Assembly: GCA_964016885.1 (NCBI GenBank)
Contig: OZ024757.1
Coordinates: forward strand, 18,290,001 to 18,354,000
Direction of reading: 5' to 3'
Origin: Eledone cirrhosa
Taxonomy: Eukaryota
DNA: 64,000 bases
This document shows, piece after piece, positions 29,426 through 44,864 of this stretch. Position 1 is the first letter of the stretch, and each line of letters starts with the position of its first letter. The notes below the pieces were generated by a model that ran no database searches, was not told the DNA's origin, and saw nothing but the letters and a program-made list of their open reading frames with translations. Both the position numbers and the translations under genes were made by a program.

Positions 29426-30619
29426 CAACACAAGAAGATGTGAACTCCCCTCAAGCTATAGGGACTTCTACAGAACATGAAAACACCTCTCGGCCAGACC
29501 TCCCTCAAGCTATATGGACAATTACAACACCCTAGGTTGTGAACTCCCCTCAAGCCATAGGGAACAACCCAGGCGGAGCAGACACCATGATAGCCTAGAG
29601 ACAGAATCGGACACAGCCATAATAATCTGGCCAACATCTATAACACAAACACTTTTAATTTACCAGATTTCTGACTTTAAAGTTCCAATCTTAAATCTTG
29701 ATTTCTCTATATTAATTTGTTTTTTGTTTTCTGCCCTCTTCACTGTATAACCTTATATTTATATTTATTTTAAGTTGAGATAGATTATAACAGAAACACA
29801 TTGAATATCTCATCTTAACATCTTGTATCATACCAATCTATCCAACATATTCTGACCTTGAGATTGGTTATAGCACACACACACACACACTTTATCCTAC
29901 ATTATTTCTCACTTCTCCATATACATTATCATTACTTTTTCACCAATCTCTCATTTACTCTTTATTCTTTATTCTCTATTTATTTATTTATTTTCAAATT
30001 ACACAAATTATATTAATTATTTTATTTTATTATATTATTTATTTATCTTCTGTTTTCTTCATTTATTGCCTTATATTTCTTCATATGCATGAAATAACCC
30101 CCCCCCCCCCCGCCACCACCACTACGATGGTGGCGGGTGGGATGAAGAGAAAACACAAACTGAATACTTCTAAATTGTTAGCAGCAGCAAGATATAAGCT
30201 GACCACTACAACAACAACAGTACCAAAATAATGGTGGAGGTCAAATGTACTGAACAATAGCAGGCATAAACACTACAGGGAGCCTCACCCCAGAAAGAAT
30301 TCTATAGACTTCTGACTGAGGAATGCTCTCAGAACTGAACAATGGGAAGTTTGACACATTTTTTGATATTTTGTTCCTTCAACACCTTGTCCCTTCTACC
30401 ATTTTATCAATTTTTAAGCTAACTCCAACAATGACAACACTAATAACTGACCAATGAGAGGAGAAGGGGACCTGTGACACTAAAATTCGTTTGTTTGAAT
30501 TCATATGACTCCAGTTCCCCAGTGAATTAACAACCCAACAAGGAACTGGGCATATCAGAGTATTGACAATATCATACACCTAAACAACATATGTACTTGT
30601 CTATACCATACTAATTCAA

Positions 30620-30674
30620 ACTGCCTGAAGAGGTCACAGCCAAAGATGGCTGTCACTGAAATATATATAGCAGT
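30620..30674 (+). ncRNA. Hammerhead ribozyme in the PLE1 3' repeat
   Basis: actgc-CTGAAGA-ggtc acagcca aaga tggctgt cact-GAAA-tatata-TA-gcagt-AATAAA. Confidence 0.85.
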
Positions 30675-30718
30675 AATAAACGAAGCTAAATTTTAATCAT
30701 TTGACTTTTATTTAACTT

Positions 30719-30756
<38 letters not shown>

Positions 30757-31184
30757 AATTCTATAAATTGATAATACAAGAGTAAGGCGTTCATATAAGC
30801 TGAGATGTTGCTTAGTCTATACCCAGATTAGTGCGAGATATTTCCAAGTAAATCCAGTTAGTATACTTCCGATCATCTTATAATCACAGAGTGTATATTA
30901 ACATAAGTAATAGATCACTAAGGTTCAACAATACATTATTTATTTGATCTTGTTCTTCCATTCCCTAAAGATATTCTATACAATACCTTTATAGGCAGAT
31001 CGTCGCCATCAATTATATACAACATATTAAACCCTGTTTAATTACCGACCAATGTATATATATATACACTATTATTCATTGTAGCTGTATATTCAAGTTG
31101 ATCAAATGTTTAGTTACTCAGATATTTCCAGCTTCACCATTCAGTAATCAGAAGAAGGGAGGTGGGGGGCTGTAAAAGCCAAAC

Positions 31185-31620
31185 TCGCTATCTTCCATTC
31201 AGTATTCCTGCCAAGCCTTTCCTATGGTCATGAATCTTGGGTAATGACCGAAAGAATACGATCGCGAATACTAGCTGCCGAAATGGGGTTCCTCTAAAGG
31301 GTCTTTGGAGTAACGTTACTTGATAGAGTGCATAGCTCGAAGATGAGAGAGTTGCCCCAGGTAGAGCCGCTACTTCTCATGGGTATGGGGTTAGAATGTC
31401 TCAGAAAAGAATCGCTGGACATATTTTATAGGCAAAACCAACCGGCAGTAGACCCAGAGCAATGGTTGGATAACATCCATGAGCTTGGCTGGTCTCTCTT
31501 GGGGATGCAGCCGGATCATTTGGAGACAGTTGCTTCTGACAATACCTGCTGGACGGAATGTTTCAGGACTCTGCTCCCACGACAATCTCGGGAATAAGTG
31601 GGAGAAGAAGAAGAAGAAGA
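31185..31620 (+). mobile_element. RTE-clade LINE 3' fragment with (GAA)n tail
   Basis: SVFLPSLSYGHESWVMTERIRSRILAAEMGFL*RVFGVTLLDRVHSS..VEPLLL; near-identical family copy at 57145. Confidence 0.85.
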
Positions 31621-32849
31621 CACGAACAACACCCACAACAAGACAAGCAACCACTACTTCAAGAACACTAACAACAACAACACCACGAACAACATCAACA
31701 CCACCAACAATAACAAAAACAGTGCCACCGACAACAACATCAACAACACCACCAACAATAACAACATCGATACCAACACCACCAACAACAACAACACCAA
31801 CACCAACAACACCAATAACAATAACATCAACACTATCCTCCCATCCTATATTAAGTTATGTTCGAAACACCAACGGAATTATGAGAAAGCTGGTTATATT
31901 AGTAAATCCCTCCAAATTGTTGATTACTTTAAGATTCATTGGAGAATTCTAGACAGTCTTTCATGAGAAACATGGTAAAGATGGGGTTAAAATGGTCGAA
32001 CGATGTATTTCTCCGTTCCTCTATCTGTCTATCTCTAGCGTTATATCGACCAATGAGTCATTCTCCTTCTGACACGTGACTACTCTATATATGTGTGTGT
32101 TCGTTTGTAAAACAACAATTATAAACACATCAAGAAAAGATGAAAAATGGATTGGAAATTCTCTTAGAATTATCTATACAATATGTCTTAAGACTAAATA
32201 CAGCATGATGGCATGGTTTTATGTATGATAATCAACTGACACCGTCCCAGTACGCTGCCTGGCCTGGCAATGTCAGTTTGGAAGAAGAGTGAAGTGGAGA
32301 CATTATGTCGGACAGAAACGCAACTGGAACACGATCAAATTTAACACATTTACATATCCCTTGATATAATTGTGTGATTTCAGTTGAGTTAGGGATCATT
32401 TTGGCTTTGTTCAAATGGGAATATTCCCCTGTTAAACTGGGATATCTTCTTTCGCTTTATAGAATCGATTCGTATTATAATTCAAGACCAATTCCAAAAA
32501 TAAATGCACAGACCGAGTTTAAAATTATAGTTATAAAGCCAAAGTTCGCAAGTGTTTTCCAAAATATGGTGTTTATCAAATTGAGATTTATAAACATTTG
32601 TGACATTGCCTGTATATTCATTTATATGCATGATGAATATATGAATTGGAAATTTGCTAGCCAACTTGTTCAGTTCTACAGAGATGTTGCTGCCACAGAA
32701 AAAGAGAAGAAAAAAACACTTACATTTTGGTGGGAAAGGTTAAACTGCGCAAGTTTGGTTACCGCCGGCTTTTCTATGAATCCTCTTGATGCTTCTTAAA
32801 GTTCCACTAAAAGAAACATGATTTGTGACAAATAAAGAAGAAATACGTG

Positions 32850-33003
32850 GGCGCTGACATGGCTACGTGGTTAAGAAGTGTACGTCGCAGCTGTTTCTCA
32901 GTTCAATCCAATCACTTATGCGCGCCATCTTAGCTAATATGTCTGCTACCATAAACCATGGGTTGACCAACAACTTGTAAATGGAATTGGGTTGACAGGA
33001 AAA
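32850..33003 (+). mobile_element. Degenerate tRNA-derived SINE
   Basis: tggctacgtggttaagaag (A-box), agttcaatcc (B-box); body resembles a cephalopod SINE recalled from memory. Confidence 0.5.
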
Positions 33004-33234
33004 TAAAATAAACAATTAAAATAGGAAATTATAATAGATCGATTGTCGAAAATATTTAGTTTCCCGGGGCCGGGGAAGTATCATCATCATCATCATCATA
33101 GATTATGAATGGAAGTCGGAGTACTAATAGGTGGTAAGTTCGAGTCGTGTCGCGATAATCTCCCCTTATTCGACATTCTATAACCAAGTAGGTCATACTG
33201 GAGCAAAGTCTTCTGTATGTTTAAGTATCAAAAT

Positions 33235-33355
33235 AAGGCCAGCAATCTGAGGAGTAAACGAAAGTCGACTACATTGATCCAGTGTATGACTGGTATTTTG
33301 TTTTATCGACCACGAAAAGATGAAAAATAAAACTTAGTTCTCGTCCGACTTCAAA
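33235..33355 (-). mobile_element. OR-like SINE fragment (old)
   Basis: aaggccagcaat...actggta...ttttatcgacc.cgaaaagatgaaa shared with the 9922 and 25415 copies. Confidence 0.6.
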
Positions 33356-33474
33356 TCAGATCGCAAATATTCGATTATCCGAACTAAAGTAATTATTAAA
33401 GGATGCGTATGTTATATTGAGTATACATTTTGTATACATAGTGTGTGTCGGTGTGTGTGTGTAAGTGTATATAA

Positions 33475-33505
<31 letters not shown>

Positions 33506-33595
33506 CTTATATATATATATATGTATATATATATGTATATATATATACTTATATATATATATATGTATATACATATGTATATATATATACATATA

Positions 33596-33642
<47 letters not shown>

Positions 33643-33769
33643 GCCTCTCTATATATATACACGTCACACAGACAATAAATATATATATATACTTACACAC
33701 ACACTATATATATATATATACTTACACACACACACTATATATATGTGTGTGTATATATATATATATACA

Positions 33770-36660
33770 GTATTTACGTATCGAGAGAAAGAAAAAAAGG
33801 GGAAGATAGGTGATACATATAGTTATTTGCCAAGTAGCGTATGCCAAAGGTGCTCGATACTAGTGCCGGCAGTATTAAATATTCGAAGTGTTAATATTTA
33901 GTGGGCAGAGCGTAAGCACGTGGGAAAGTAAGTAAGAAATCGGAGAATAGACCGTTAAAACATGTTTATTTAAAACAGCACCTACGTACGTTTCGCCCAG
34001 TTGGGCGTCTCAAAGGCATAAATAATCAAAAGTGTTCTTTACATTGCTCGGAAAGAGTTTTTGGGGTTAAATCCACGTCAAGGTTCATTGCTCGCAAAAA
34101 TAGCTTGTTTTTATTTTGCAGCAGGTCAAGGCAGGTAACTCTGGCCGGTGTTAGGGCAGTCTTTCCCGGACAAATTTTTTTATCCGCTACGAGATGAGGT
34201 TACAACCTTACCATTATCGATACGCATGTAATCAACGCTTATTTTGAGGTTTTTTTCGCCGCATATGTTTGTCTGAGTCGTTTGAGGCTGGGTCTGGTAT
34301 GCAAGGATAGTTTCCTGGGTGTTATTTTGCAGCGCCTGCCCGCCGGGGTGTTAAGACTTGTTGCAGGGAGATCCGGTGCAGGGTTTCACTCCTCATCCTT
34401 AACCCATCTGAAGAAGGATATTTTTAAGCGATGAGTACAACTTATCGCTGTTTCAGCTCTGCTGTTGATGAGCTCGTGGGGTGCAGTTATGATGTGGTAG
34501 AGCTCCATGAGGCAAAGATCGCATTTCCTCTTGAAGTTGTACGGTGCAGCCCTGCCGACAATATCCCAGTGCGTGGAGAGGCTGATGTTTAAGTCATTTA
34601 GTGATGTGATGTAGTCCGCGAGCGAAGTGGAGTGTCTTAGTTTTTTATTTGTGAAAGAGTGGAGATGTGTTCGAAACCTAATTTTGAATGGGCCGGAGGT
34701 AGCCCCTATATAATGTTTAACGCTATTGTGGCTAGTTATAGTGCATCTATATATAACCCTATCAGTCAAGCAGTATCCTCTAAGGGGGCAGCGTCCTCTG
34801 TCGCGGTTCCGTCTATTTCCCACGGTAAGGCTATCATTGTTGCTGCCTACGTTGTTACCTACGCTACCGCAGCTGTCGTTAGCACCATTACAACCCACAG
34901 CACGCGGGGTGGTGCGATTGTTATTCCGCACGTCATGTCCTGCATGTTCCCCAGTCATTTCGCGGTTATGCTGGTTGCGTCTGCGGATGCCGTTGCCGAC
35001 ACTATTGGATGCTGCCAGGGAGTTGTTAAGGCCGATATAGTTATTGTCAGGTGTAGGTGCGTCTGAGTCGAGGTGCTGTGTCTTGGTGATCCTACTGTGG
35101 TTCGTTGTTCCTATGTCTGCTAGGTTAGGAGTAGTAGAGAAGAATATTTTTATATTGTTCCTATTAAGAATTTTTCTATACCTATGGTTGGGCGGGAAGT
35201 TCTTCTCTAAGGCTTCGAAGAACATCCGGGGTATGTTGCAGACCACACTCCGAGAGTAGGGTGGGGGGGGGGGGTGAAACCATAGGACGTTACGGTGGCG
35301 ATTACGTGACTTTATACGTTTGCTACGGGTGGTTCCATCTAGGTGACCGCTCTTATGTGTGTTAATGCGCAGTCGCCCGTTCGGTGCCCCTTTCACTTTA
35401 TGCTCGGGTGCACTCTTCCTACCTCTTTCATGTTTATGTACAGGAAGACGTTGGTTGCAAGGCGTTGGTAGTAGGCCGTCGCCTTTGTTGGTTTTGTAAT
35501 AGGGGAATAGTTCGAGTAATCTACAGTGGTCACCGTCGCCGGGGTCGTGATCTTTAATGCGGTTATCCGACTTCAACGAGGTCGCCGCGTGATCGGTTAT
35601 AGGTATGGCTTACTATAACGTTCGTTTTATGAGGGGGTGGTTTCTAGAGCTAGCGTTAGGGATGTAGGAAATTCCTCGGTTAAAGCCGGCGCTTATCAAG
35701 GCCCTATTGTAGTAATCTGCCGCTTGGTTGAAGATATCCTCATTGGCGGATAGTCTAGAGATTCTATGTGAGATACTATAGACTATGGAGTTGAGAGTCT
35801 GCTTAGGGTGGTTGGAGGCATAATTAATATAAGAGAGGCACTCTCCAGGCTTATGGTATGGCTTGTATAAGCCCGTACTCAACTCCAGGGTCACGTCCAG
35901 GAAGTTGACAACCTTGTGGTTGAGGTCCATAGTTACGGATAGGCCGTATGACTTGAAGAACCTGTGTATAAGGTTCTCTATCCTAACGGTAAACAGGGCG
36001 TCGTCCCTATATACACCTCCTTGTGAGGCCGGTATCTCTTCCCTAAGCTTATGTAGGAGGTATATCCCGACCAGGTCAGTTGCTTGCGCTGAGTCACTGG
36101 ACCCCATCGTGACATCAAAGTTATCAGAATGGTTGGTTCTGGTCCAGTGGGAGCCTTCGAACTGGATAACGGTTCTACGCGCCGCGAGAACTATGTCTAT
36201 TTCTTTTTTAGTGAGGCTAGTGTTCCATTTAGCTAAGATAAGTGCCTTGTTTAAGAGTTTGGGGGAGATAGAGGCGTAGTAACTATCTATCTCAAACTGG
36301 GTGAACTTCAGGGTGGCTTTATCCGGCAACTCGGTGAACCAATTTATGACCTGGTCGGTGTTGCCCCAGAGGCAGACCTTAGCCTTTCTATTAAGCTCCA
36401 GTAGTACTCTGTCGAGGATCACTTTACTAATCTTACCTATATCTGATGTAGAGGGGCATATTAGTCTAATAGAGAGGCTTTCATTAAAATCATATTTGTG
36501 ATCCTGAAGAGAGAATTTAGGCGTCAGAGGGACGTACGGGTTAGTGTACTTTTCTATTTCTAAGCTGGTGACTATATCCTTCCCTACTCTATTTATGTCA
36601 TTTAGGGTACTAGAGGGTGTCTTTTTGTAGTCTTTGTGTAGTTCCTTATAGATGAATTTT
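33770..36660 (-). mobile_element. Penelope-like element PLE2, 5'-truncated, inserted in (TA)n
   Basis: RT 35613-36658 ([39 protein letters not shown]) and GIY-YIG frame 34386-35576 (WFHPP, CPL.G.CL, VIY..YIGAT, CDLCLME, CTH); tandem TAG-TAA between them and an ~9-aa deletion after YRDD relative to PLE1. Confidence 0.93.
33979..34018 (-). ncRNA. Hammerhead-like motif in the PLE2 3' region (non-canonical first core segment)
   Basis: tgcc-tttgagac-gccca ac tgggc-GAAA-cgtacg-TA-ggtg, then AATAAA; position matches a PLE 3' HHR. Confidence 0.6.
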
Positions 36661-36662
36661 TT

Positions 36663-36728
<66 letters not shown>

Positions 36729-36763
36729 AATATATATATATATACACGTATATATATATACAC

Positions 36764-36840
<77 letters not shown>

Positions 36841-36917
36841 TATATACACATATATATATATATACACATATATATATATATACACATATATATATATATA
36901 TATACACATATATATAT

Positions 36918-36985
<68 letters not shown>

Positions 36986-37109
36986 GTGTATATATATACA
37001 CATATATATATATATACACACACATATATATATATATACACACACACATATATATATATACATATATATACACACACATATATATATATATACACATATA
37101 TATATACGC

Positions 37110-37167
<58 letters not shown>

Positions 37168-37574
37168 GTCACACAGACAATAAATATTTATATATATACT
37201 TACACACACACACTATATATATATATATATATACACACACACTTATATATATAAACCAATCAAATGTTTGTTTTTATCATCAAATTCCTTCTGTTCTCTA
37301 CTTAACAACAATAATCTGCTTTATTTTCCTGCAGTTCCTCATTTAGGCGTCATTTCTGAATATGAAGAACTACAGAGAACTACATAGAATTAGACAGAAT
37401 TATAGAGAATTATAGAGAATTATAGAGATGAGATATCTTTCCAAGAGTACTTCTTTCCCTACCCCGCCTACATCGGCTATCTCCGCCTCGCTCCGGCTAT
37501 CTCCGCCTCGCTCCGCCTTTCGTTTGCGGTAACAGAAAACTTCAGAAACAACGACAAAGACAAGAAAAAGAGAA

Positions 37575-38046
<472 letters not shown>

Positions 38047-38501
38047 GAGGCACAAAAGGCAATGAAGATAAATCCACTATTGTGTAAAAGATGACGACGA
38101 CGAGGGAAAAGAAGAGGAAATAGGAGACGAAGATGATACAGAAGCAGACGACGACGATGGCGCGAAGGAAATATGAAAACGATAAAGATAATGATGACTT
38201 TCGTTAAATATGTTGGAAAACAAAAGAGAATTTTTAACAAAACTGATATGACAATGATAAGGTCTATTATATCTTTTGTGTGTTACTCAGATAGAATAGA
38301 TGAAAAGATAAGGGATGCCGCCATATACTCCACTAAATTGTTCAGCCCAAATCTGTTCAACAATATTTTTTTCCCCTCCAATTGTTAATTCCCTTGATTC
38401 GTTACGGAATGTTCTAGAACTTTCCTTGATAAATAGTTGAAGCAATTTTATAAGAAAATCATGACATGAAATATTATGTTATGTTGAGCCGAATATTATT
38501 T

Positions 38502-38616
<115 letters not shown>

Positions 38617-38621
38617 ACACA

Positions 38622-38660
<39 letters not shown>

Positions 38661-38675
38661 ACACACACACACACA

Positions 38676-38715
<40 letters not shown>

Positions 38716-38943
38716 AATAAAGATTCAGCGAGAATCGCATTTCGGCGGGCAGGAAAGGCGAAACGAAACGCAAAAATCAGAAGTGACACTGGCAAAGTGC
38801 TCAATAGTTAAAAAAACCAGAGCTAAACAATGTGTTAAGAAGCCATACAAAACTGAAAAGGTGGTCAAGAAGGCATTAACCAACCAAGCCAAAAACCAAA
38901 TCGAGCTAAACAGGTCAAAACAAAATAAATGATAAAAAAATAT

Positions 38944-39070
38944 CTGATGATTTCTCCCTAATGAAACAGTTCTAGTCCTGTAGAAGCCATTTCTATATTA
39001 AATATGTACATTCTGCTATGTATTGAGTACCTTACTTACTGCGGTTACCCCTCGATTGAACCCGGGATAA
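38944..39070 (+). mobile_element. Family C HHR module, truncated exactly at the core
   Basis: CTGATGA-tttctccctaat-GAAA-cag ttctagtc ctg-TA-gaagc plus a tail homologous to 63291-63416 (minus); the 5' strand of stem I is absent. Confidence 0.75.
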
Positions 39071-39098
39071 ACTTACATATATATATATATATATATAT

Positions 39099-39225
39099 AG
39101 GAAAAGAGTTCGGACCCCGACGGCTGAGCGCCGGCCGTTTCGGCAGCTAGATACGAACTACTACCCTGAGTATCAAGTACTCTGGTGTTTTATGGTCCAC
39201 CTGGTATCTTACCACCTCTTCTTTG

Positions 39226-39227
<2 letters not shown>
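39099..39227 (+). mobile_element. Family B subfamily 2 copy with internal deletion
   Basis: Inverted arm taggaaaagagttcggaccccgacggctgagc joined to tail ctaccctgagtatcaagtactctggtg; (TA)n on both sides. Confidence 0.8.
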
Positions 39228-39269
<42 letters not shown>

Positions 39270-40050
39270 AAAAGGTAAACAGAAATAACAACACAATCGG
39301 TACAGTATATGGAAGGAATAAATAAATATATATATATAATATTGTGTATAAATCGAAGTCGTAGCCGTAAGGTACTAATCGAAATTGTGTCTGGAGCGAG
39401 ACTTTAGTACATTATCGTCCAGGGTAAATACAAACATTAATAAGGTGTGGCAGCAAGAAAAACGGCCAAAGGCAGTGGCCATACTGTTACCACAACAACA
39501 AATATAAATAGGTTGAAGATTAACCTCGACCATCTTGTGTCGATTAGAATCGATAGAAATCGATAAAAATCTTTGATAGATGTCTGGGACTCCTCTGGAA
39601 GCTACTACAGAAATTTAGGATATTATAATGTTTGCCATCGTCGAACAATATTTACTTGAATTCAACGACCGGAATTTTTAGGGGATGCCTCCATATAAAA
39701 GCCCAGCCGTTTGCTAAGTGGAAATCAACAAATTCGAGTGATTTCAATCACCTTAATTTGATTTATATACTTCCGTTATATCTTTTCTTTCTCTTTTCCA
39801 CACTTACATAAATTAATACACTTTCTGTACTACTATACGCCATACCTTAATATATTTTACCATCTCTATATGACATTCCACCGATACAATACTTCAGCTA
39901 TAGGAACACAAACACGTTGGTGATCTCATATGCCATACATCTTAGAGTTACATCCCTTTGTTTTCTGACGTTATACTTCGTAGGAATGAGTTTGTACTGC
40001 CTCTCTGTTTTTTGTTCCTGTCTAATAGTTATATATATATATATATATAG

Positions 40051-40298
<248 letters not shown>

Positions 40299-40356
40299 GG
40301 AACAATGGAAGGTAATATCTGTAGAGCACTCAGTCCATGGTACGAGTTAGGTAGAG

Positions 40357-40502
40357 GTGGTAACACAACAGTTAGTTCACCATAGCGACAACAATTGTTT
40401 CACCTTAGCGGATCTTCAGCTTGTATTTCACCAGTCCGAGCTGAAGATCCGCTAAGGTGAAACAATTGTTGTCGGTGTGGTGAACTAACTGTTGTGTTAC
40501 CA

Positions 40503-40503
<1 letters not shown>
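40357..40503. ncRNA. Head-to-head inverted pair of hammerhead motifs (family D)
   Basis: 65-bp arms (40357-40421 / 40439-40503); each reads CTGAAGA-t-cc gctaa gg-t-GAAA-caattg-TT-gtcg. Confidence 0.75.
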
Positions 40504-40555
<52 letters not shown>

Positions 40556-40756
40556 ATACACATGTGTATATGTATATGTGTATACATTTGTATATGTATA
40601 TATATATATGTATATGTATATGTATATATATATGTATATATGTATGTATATATATATGTATATGTATGTATGTATATATATATGTATATGTATATATATA
40701 TATATGTATATATATATATGTATATATACATATATATATATATACATATATATACA

Positions 40757-40882
<126 letters not shown>

Positions 40883-40939
40883 CATATATATATATACATA
40901 TATATATATACATATATATATATACATATATATATATAC

Positions 40940-41288
<349 letters not shown>

Positions 41289-41324
41289 ATATATATATAC
41301 ATGTATATATATATATACATATAC

Positions 41325-41518
<194 letters not shown>

Positions 41519-41559
41519 ATATACATATACATATATTATATATATATATATACATATAT

Positions 41560-41901
<342 letters not shown>

Positions 41902-41931
41902 CATATATATATATATATATACACACACATA

Positions 41932-41965
<34 letters not shown>

Positions 41966-42274
41966 CATATACATATACACATATATATATACATATACAT
42001 ATACACATATATATATATATACATATACACATATATATATACATATACACATATATATATATATATACATATACATATACACATATATATATATATACAT
42101 ATACACATATATATGTACATATACATATACACATATATATATATGTATATATATATACATATATATATACATATACATATATATATGTAAATATATATAT
42201 ACATATATATATATACATATACATATATATATGTAAATATATATATATATATATATATTATACATATACATATG

Positions 42275-42309
<35 letters not shown>

Positions 42310-42339
42310 CACATATATATATGTATATATATACATATA

Positions 42340-42490
42340 CATATGGTGGCTGCCAACTCGTTTTCGAGTATGGCCACTACTTTATATCCATCTAGGAGAA
42401 CCCCTACCGATGCGCTGAACGAGTGACTTTTTAGTCCAGCCAGCGACTTGAAAACTCTGGTACAAACACTACACTTGTGACAATTATTGA
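42340..42490 (-). mobile_element. RTE-like LINE 3' end with C2H2 finger
   Basis: [19 protein letters not shown] followed by a short 3' end and (TATG)n/(TA)n tail. Confidence 0.6.
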
Positions 42491-43012
42491 CACATAGTGC
42501 TGGGCCCATGGTACCATGTGGCGACAAGTGCAGAGAGATCTCCAGATACAAAGCAATGCCTGTGCCGTGAAGCTTTTATAGTGAGCAAAGGCACTGCACA
42601 AAGCCAGTCCCACTCTCTTAACCAAGATGAAATTTACCAAAAAGAAGAACAAGTCAACATCATTGGATACCATCAGGGTTGCAGGTGTTATATCAGAGTT
42701 TTCCTTCTCCTAGAATTCTGCCTTGACAAAGGCTAAGGGGTCATCTCTCCTAGTGATTTTGGATGGCCATTGACTCTTAAGAGCTTCTTTGCCCTTTGAC
42801 CAGGTTTTGTTTTTATCCTGCAGGATGTCCAAAGTCACCCTCCTCACCAAGAAACTTTGGTGGGGTTGCCAGTTTAGTCGCCAACGACCCGAACATATAC
42901 ATATATATATATATATACACATATATATATATATACATATATATGTAAATATATATAAGTATATATATGTATATATATATACATATATATATAAGTATAT
43001 ATGTCTATAATG

Positions 43013-43087
<75 letters not shown>

Positions 43088-43145
43088 TGTTGATTTAAAA
43101 CTGCACTATTCACAAGTGTTTTTTAACCTTCATATCTTGTCTTCC

Positions 43146-43216
43146 TATTTTATCTGATGAAAACACAAATGTTATTGCATGATGATATTTGTTTTTGAAA
43201 TGCGCATAATAAAATA
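43146..43216 (+). ncRNA. Hammerhead ribozyme
   Basis: tattttat-CTGATGA-aaacacaaatgtta...tgatatttgtttt(t)-GAAA-tgcgca-TA-ataaaata; 8-bp stem I, long stem II, TGCGCA palindrome. Confidence 0.85.
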
Positions 43217-43281
43217 CATGGGACTCATTTAACCATCTTTTGATCTTATATATTATATATATATATATATATGTGTATATA

Positions 43282-43332
<51 letters not shown>

Positions 43333-43343
43333 GTATATATATG

Positions 43344-43394
<51 letters not shown>

Positions 43395-44077
43395 ATATAT
43401 ATGTATATATATATATGTATGTATATATATATATATGTGTATATATATATATATGTATATATATGTTTATATATATATATGTATATATATATATACATAT
43501 ATATACATATATATATGCATATATATACATATTTATATACATATATATACATATATATATATATGCATATATATACATATTTATATACATATATATACAT
43601 ATATATATACATATATATATATACATATTTATATACATATATATACATATATATATACATATATATATACATATATATATATGCATATATATACATATTT
43701 ATATACATATATATACATATATATATACATATATATATACATATATATATATGCATATATATACATATTTATATACATATATATACATATATATATATGC
43801 ATATATATACATATTTATATACATATATATACATATATTTATATACATATATATACATATATATATACATATTTATATACATATATATACATATATATAT
43901 ACATATATATATACATATATATACATATTTATATACATATATATACATATATATATACATATATATATACATATATATACATATTTATATACATATATAT
44001 ACATATATATATACATATATATATACATATATATACATATTTATATACATATATATATATACATATACTTATATATA

Positions 44078-44755
44078 CGGTGGCGGCGGTAGTACTGGTG
44101 GTGATCGTGATAGTAGTAGTAGTACTAGTAGTAGTACTAGTAGTAGTAGTGGTGGTAATAGTAGTAGTAGTAGTAGTAGTAGTAGTAATAGAAGTGGTAG
44201 TAGTAGTAGTGGTGGTAATAGTAGTAGTAGTAGTAATAGTAGTGGTGGTGGGGTGGTAATAGTAGTAGTAGTAGTAGTAGAGGGAGTGGTAGTAATAGAG
44301 GTGGTAGTGGTGGTGGGGTGGTAATAGTAGTGGTAGTAATAGAGGTGGTAGTAGTAGTAATAGTAGTGGTGGTGGGGTGTTATTAGTAGTAGTCGTAGTA
44401 ATAGTAGTAGTAGAGGTGGTGGTAATGGTAGTAGTAGTAGTAATAGTAGTGGTGGTGGGGTGTTAATAGTAGTAGTACTAGAGGTTGTGGTAATAGTAGT
44501 AGTAGTAGTAGTAGAGGTGGTGGTAATGGTAGTAGTAGTAGTAGTAAAGGTAGTAGTGGTAGTAGTAGTAGATGTAGTAGCAAGTAGTAGTAATAGTAGT
44601 AGCACTAGTAGTAATAGTAGTGGTGCTGGGGTGTTAATAGTAGTAGTAGCAATAGTAGTAGTAGTAGTAGTAGTAAAGGTAGTGGTGCTAGTAGTTGTAG
44701 TCGTAGTAGTAGTAGTAGTAGTAGCAATAGTAGTAGCAGTAATAGTAGTGGTGTG
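44078..44755. repeat. (TAG)n/(TGG)n trinucleotide field
   Basis: Direct inspection. Confidence 0.9.
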
Positions 44756-44823
44756 ATGTAGGGTGGAGAAGTATTGAGAATGTGAGAAGTAATTACAGTA
44801 ATTAGTAGATTTAATGAGAGAGA

Positions 44824-44864
<41 letters not shown>

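Larger units (their letters stand above)
27987..30720 (+). mobile_element. Penelope-like element PLE1 (RT thumb, linker, GIY-YIG, 3' region with HHR)
   Basis: SNHP..RISSLS..YYNAAL, then WYNPPYS, CNCR..CPL...CL, IVY..YIGAT..FKDRW.NH, CKLCLNE..CRH; HHR and AATAAA at 30620-30680; ends at (TA)n. Confidence 0.92.

Noticed and set aside
32374-32799. 141-aa plus-strand ORF
   Set aside because: No recognisable domain; non-ATG start; AT-rich chance ORF.
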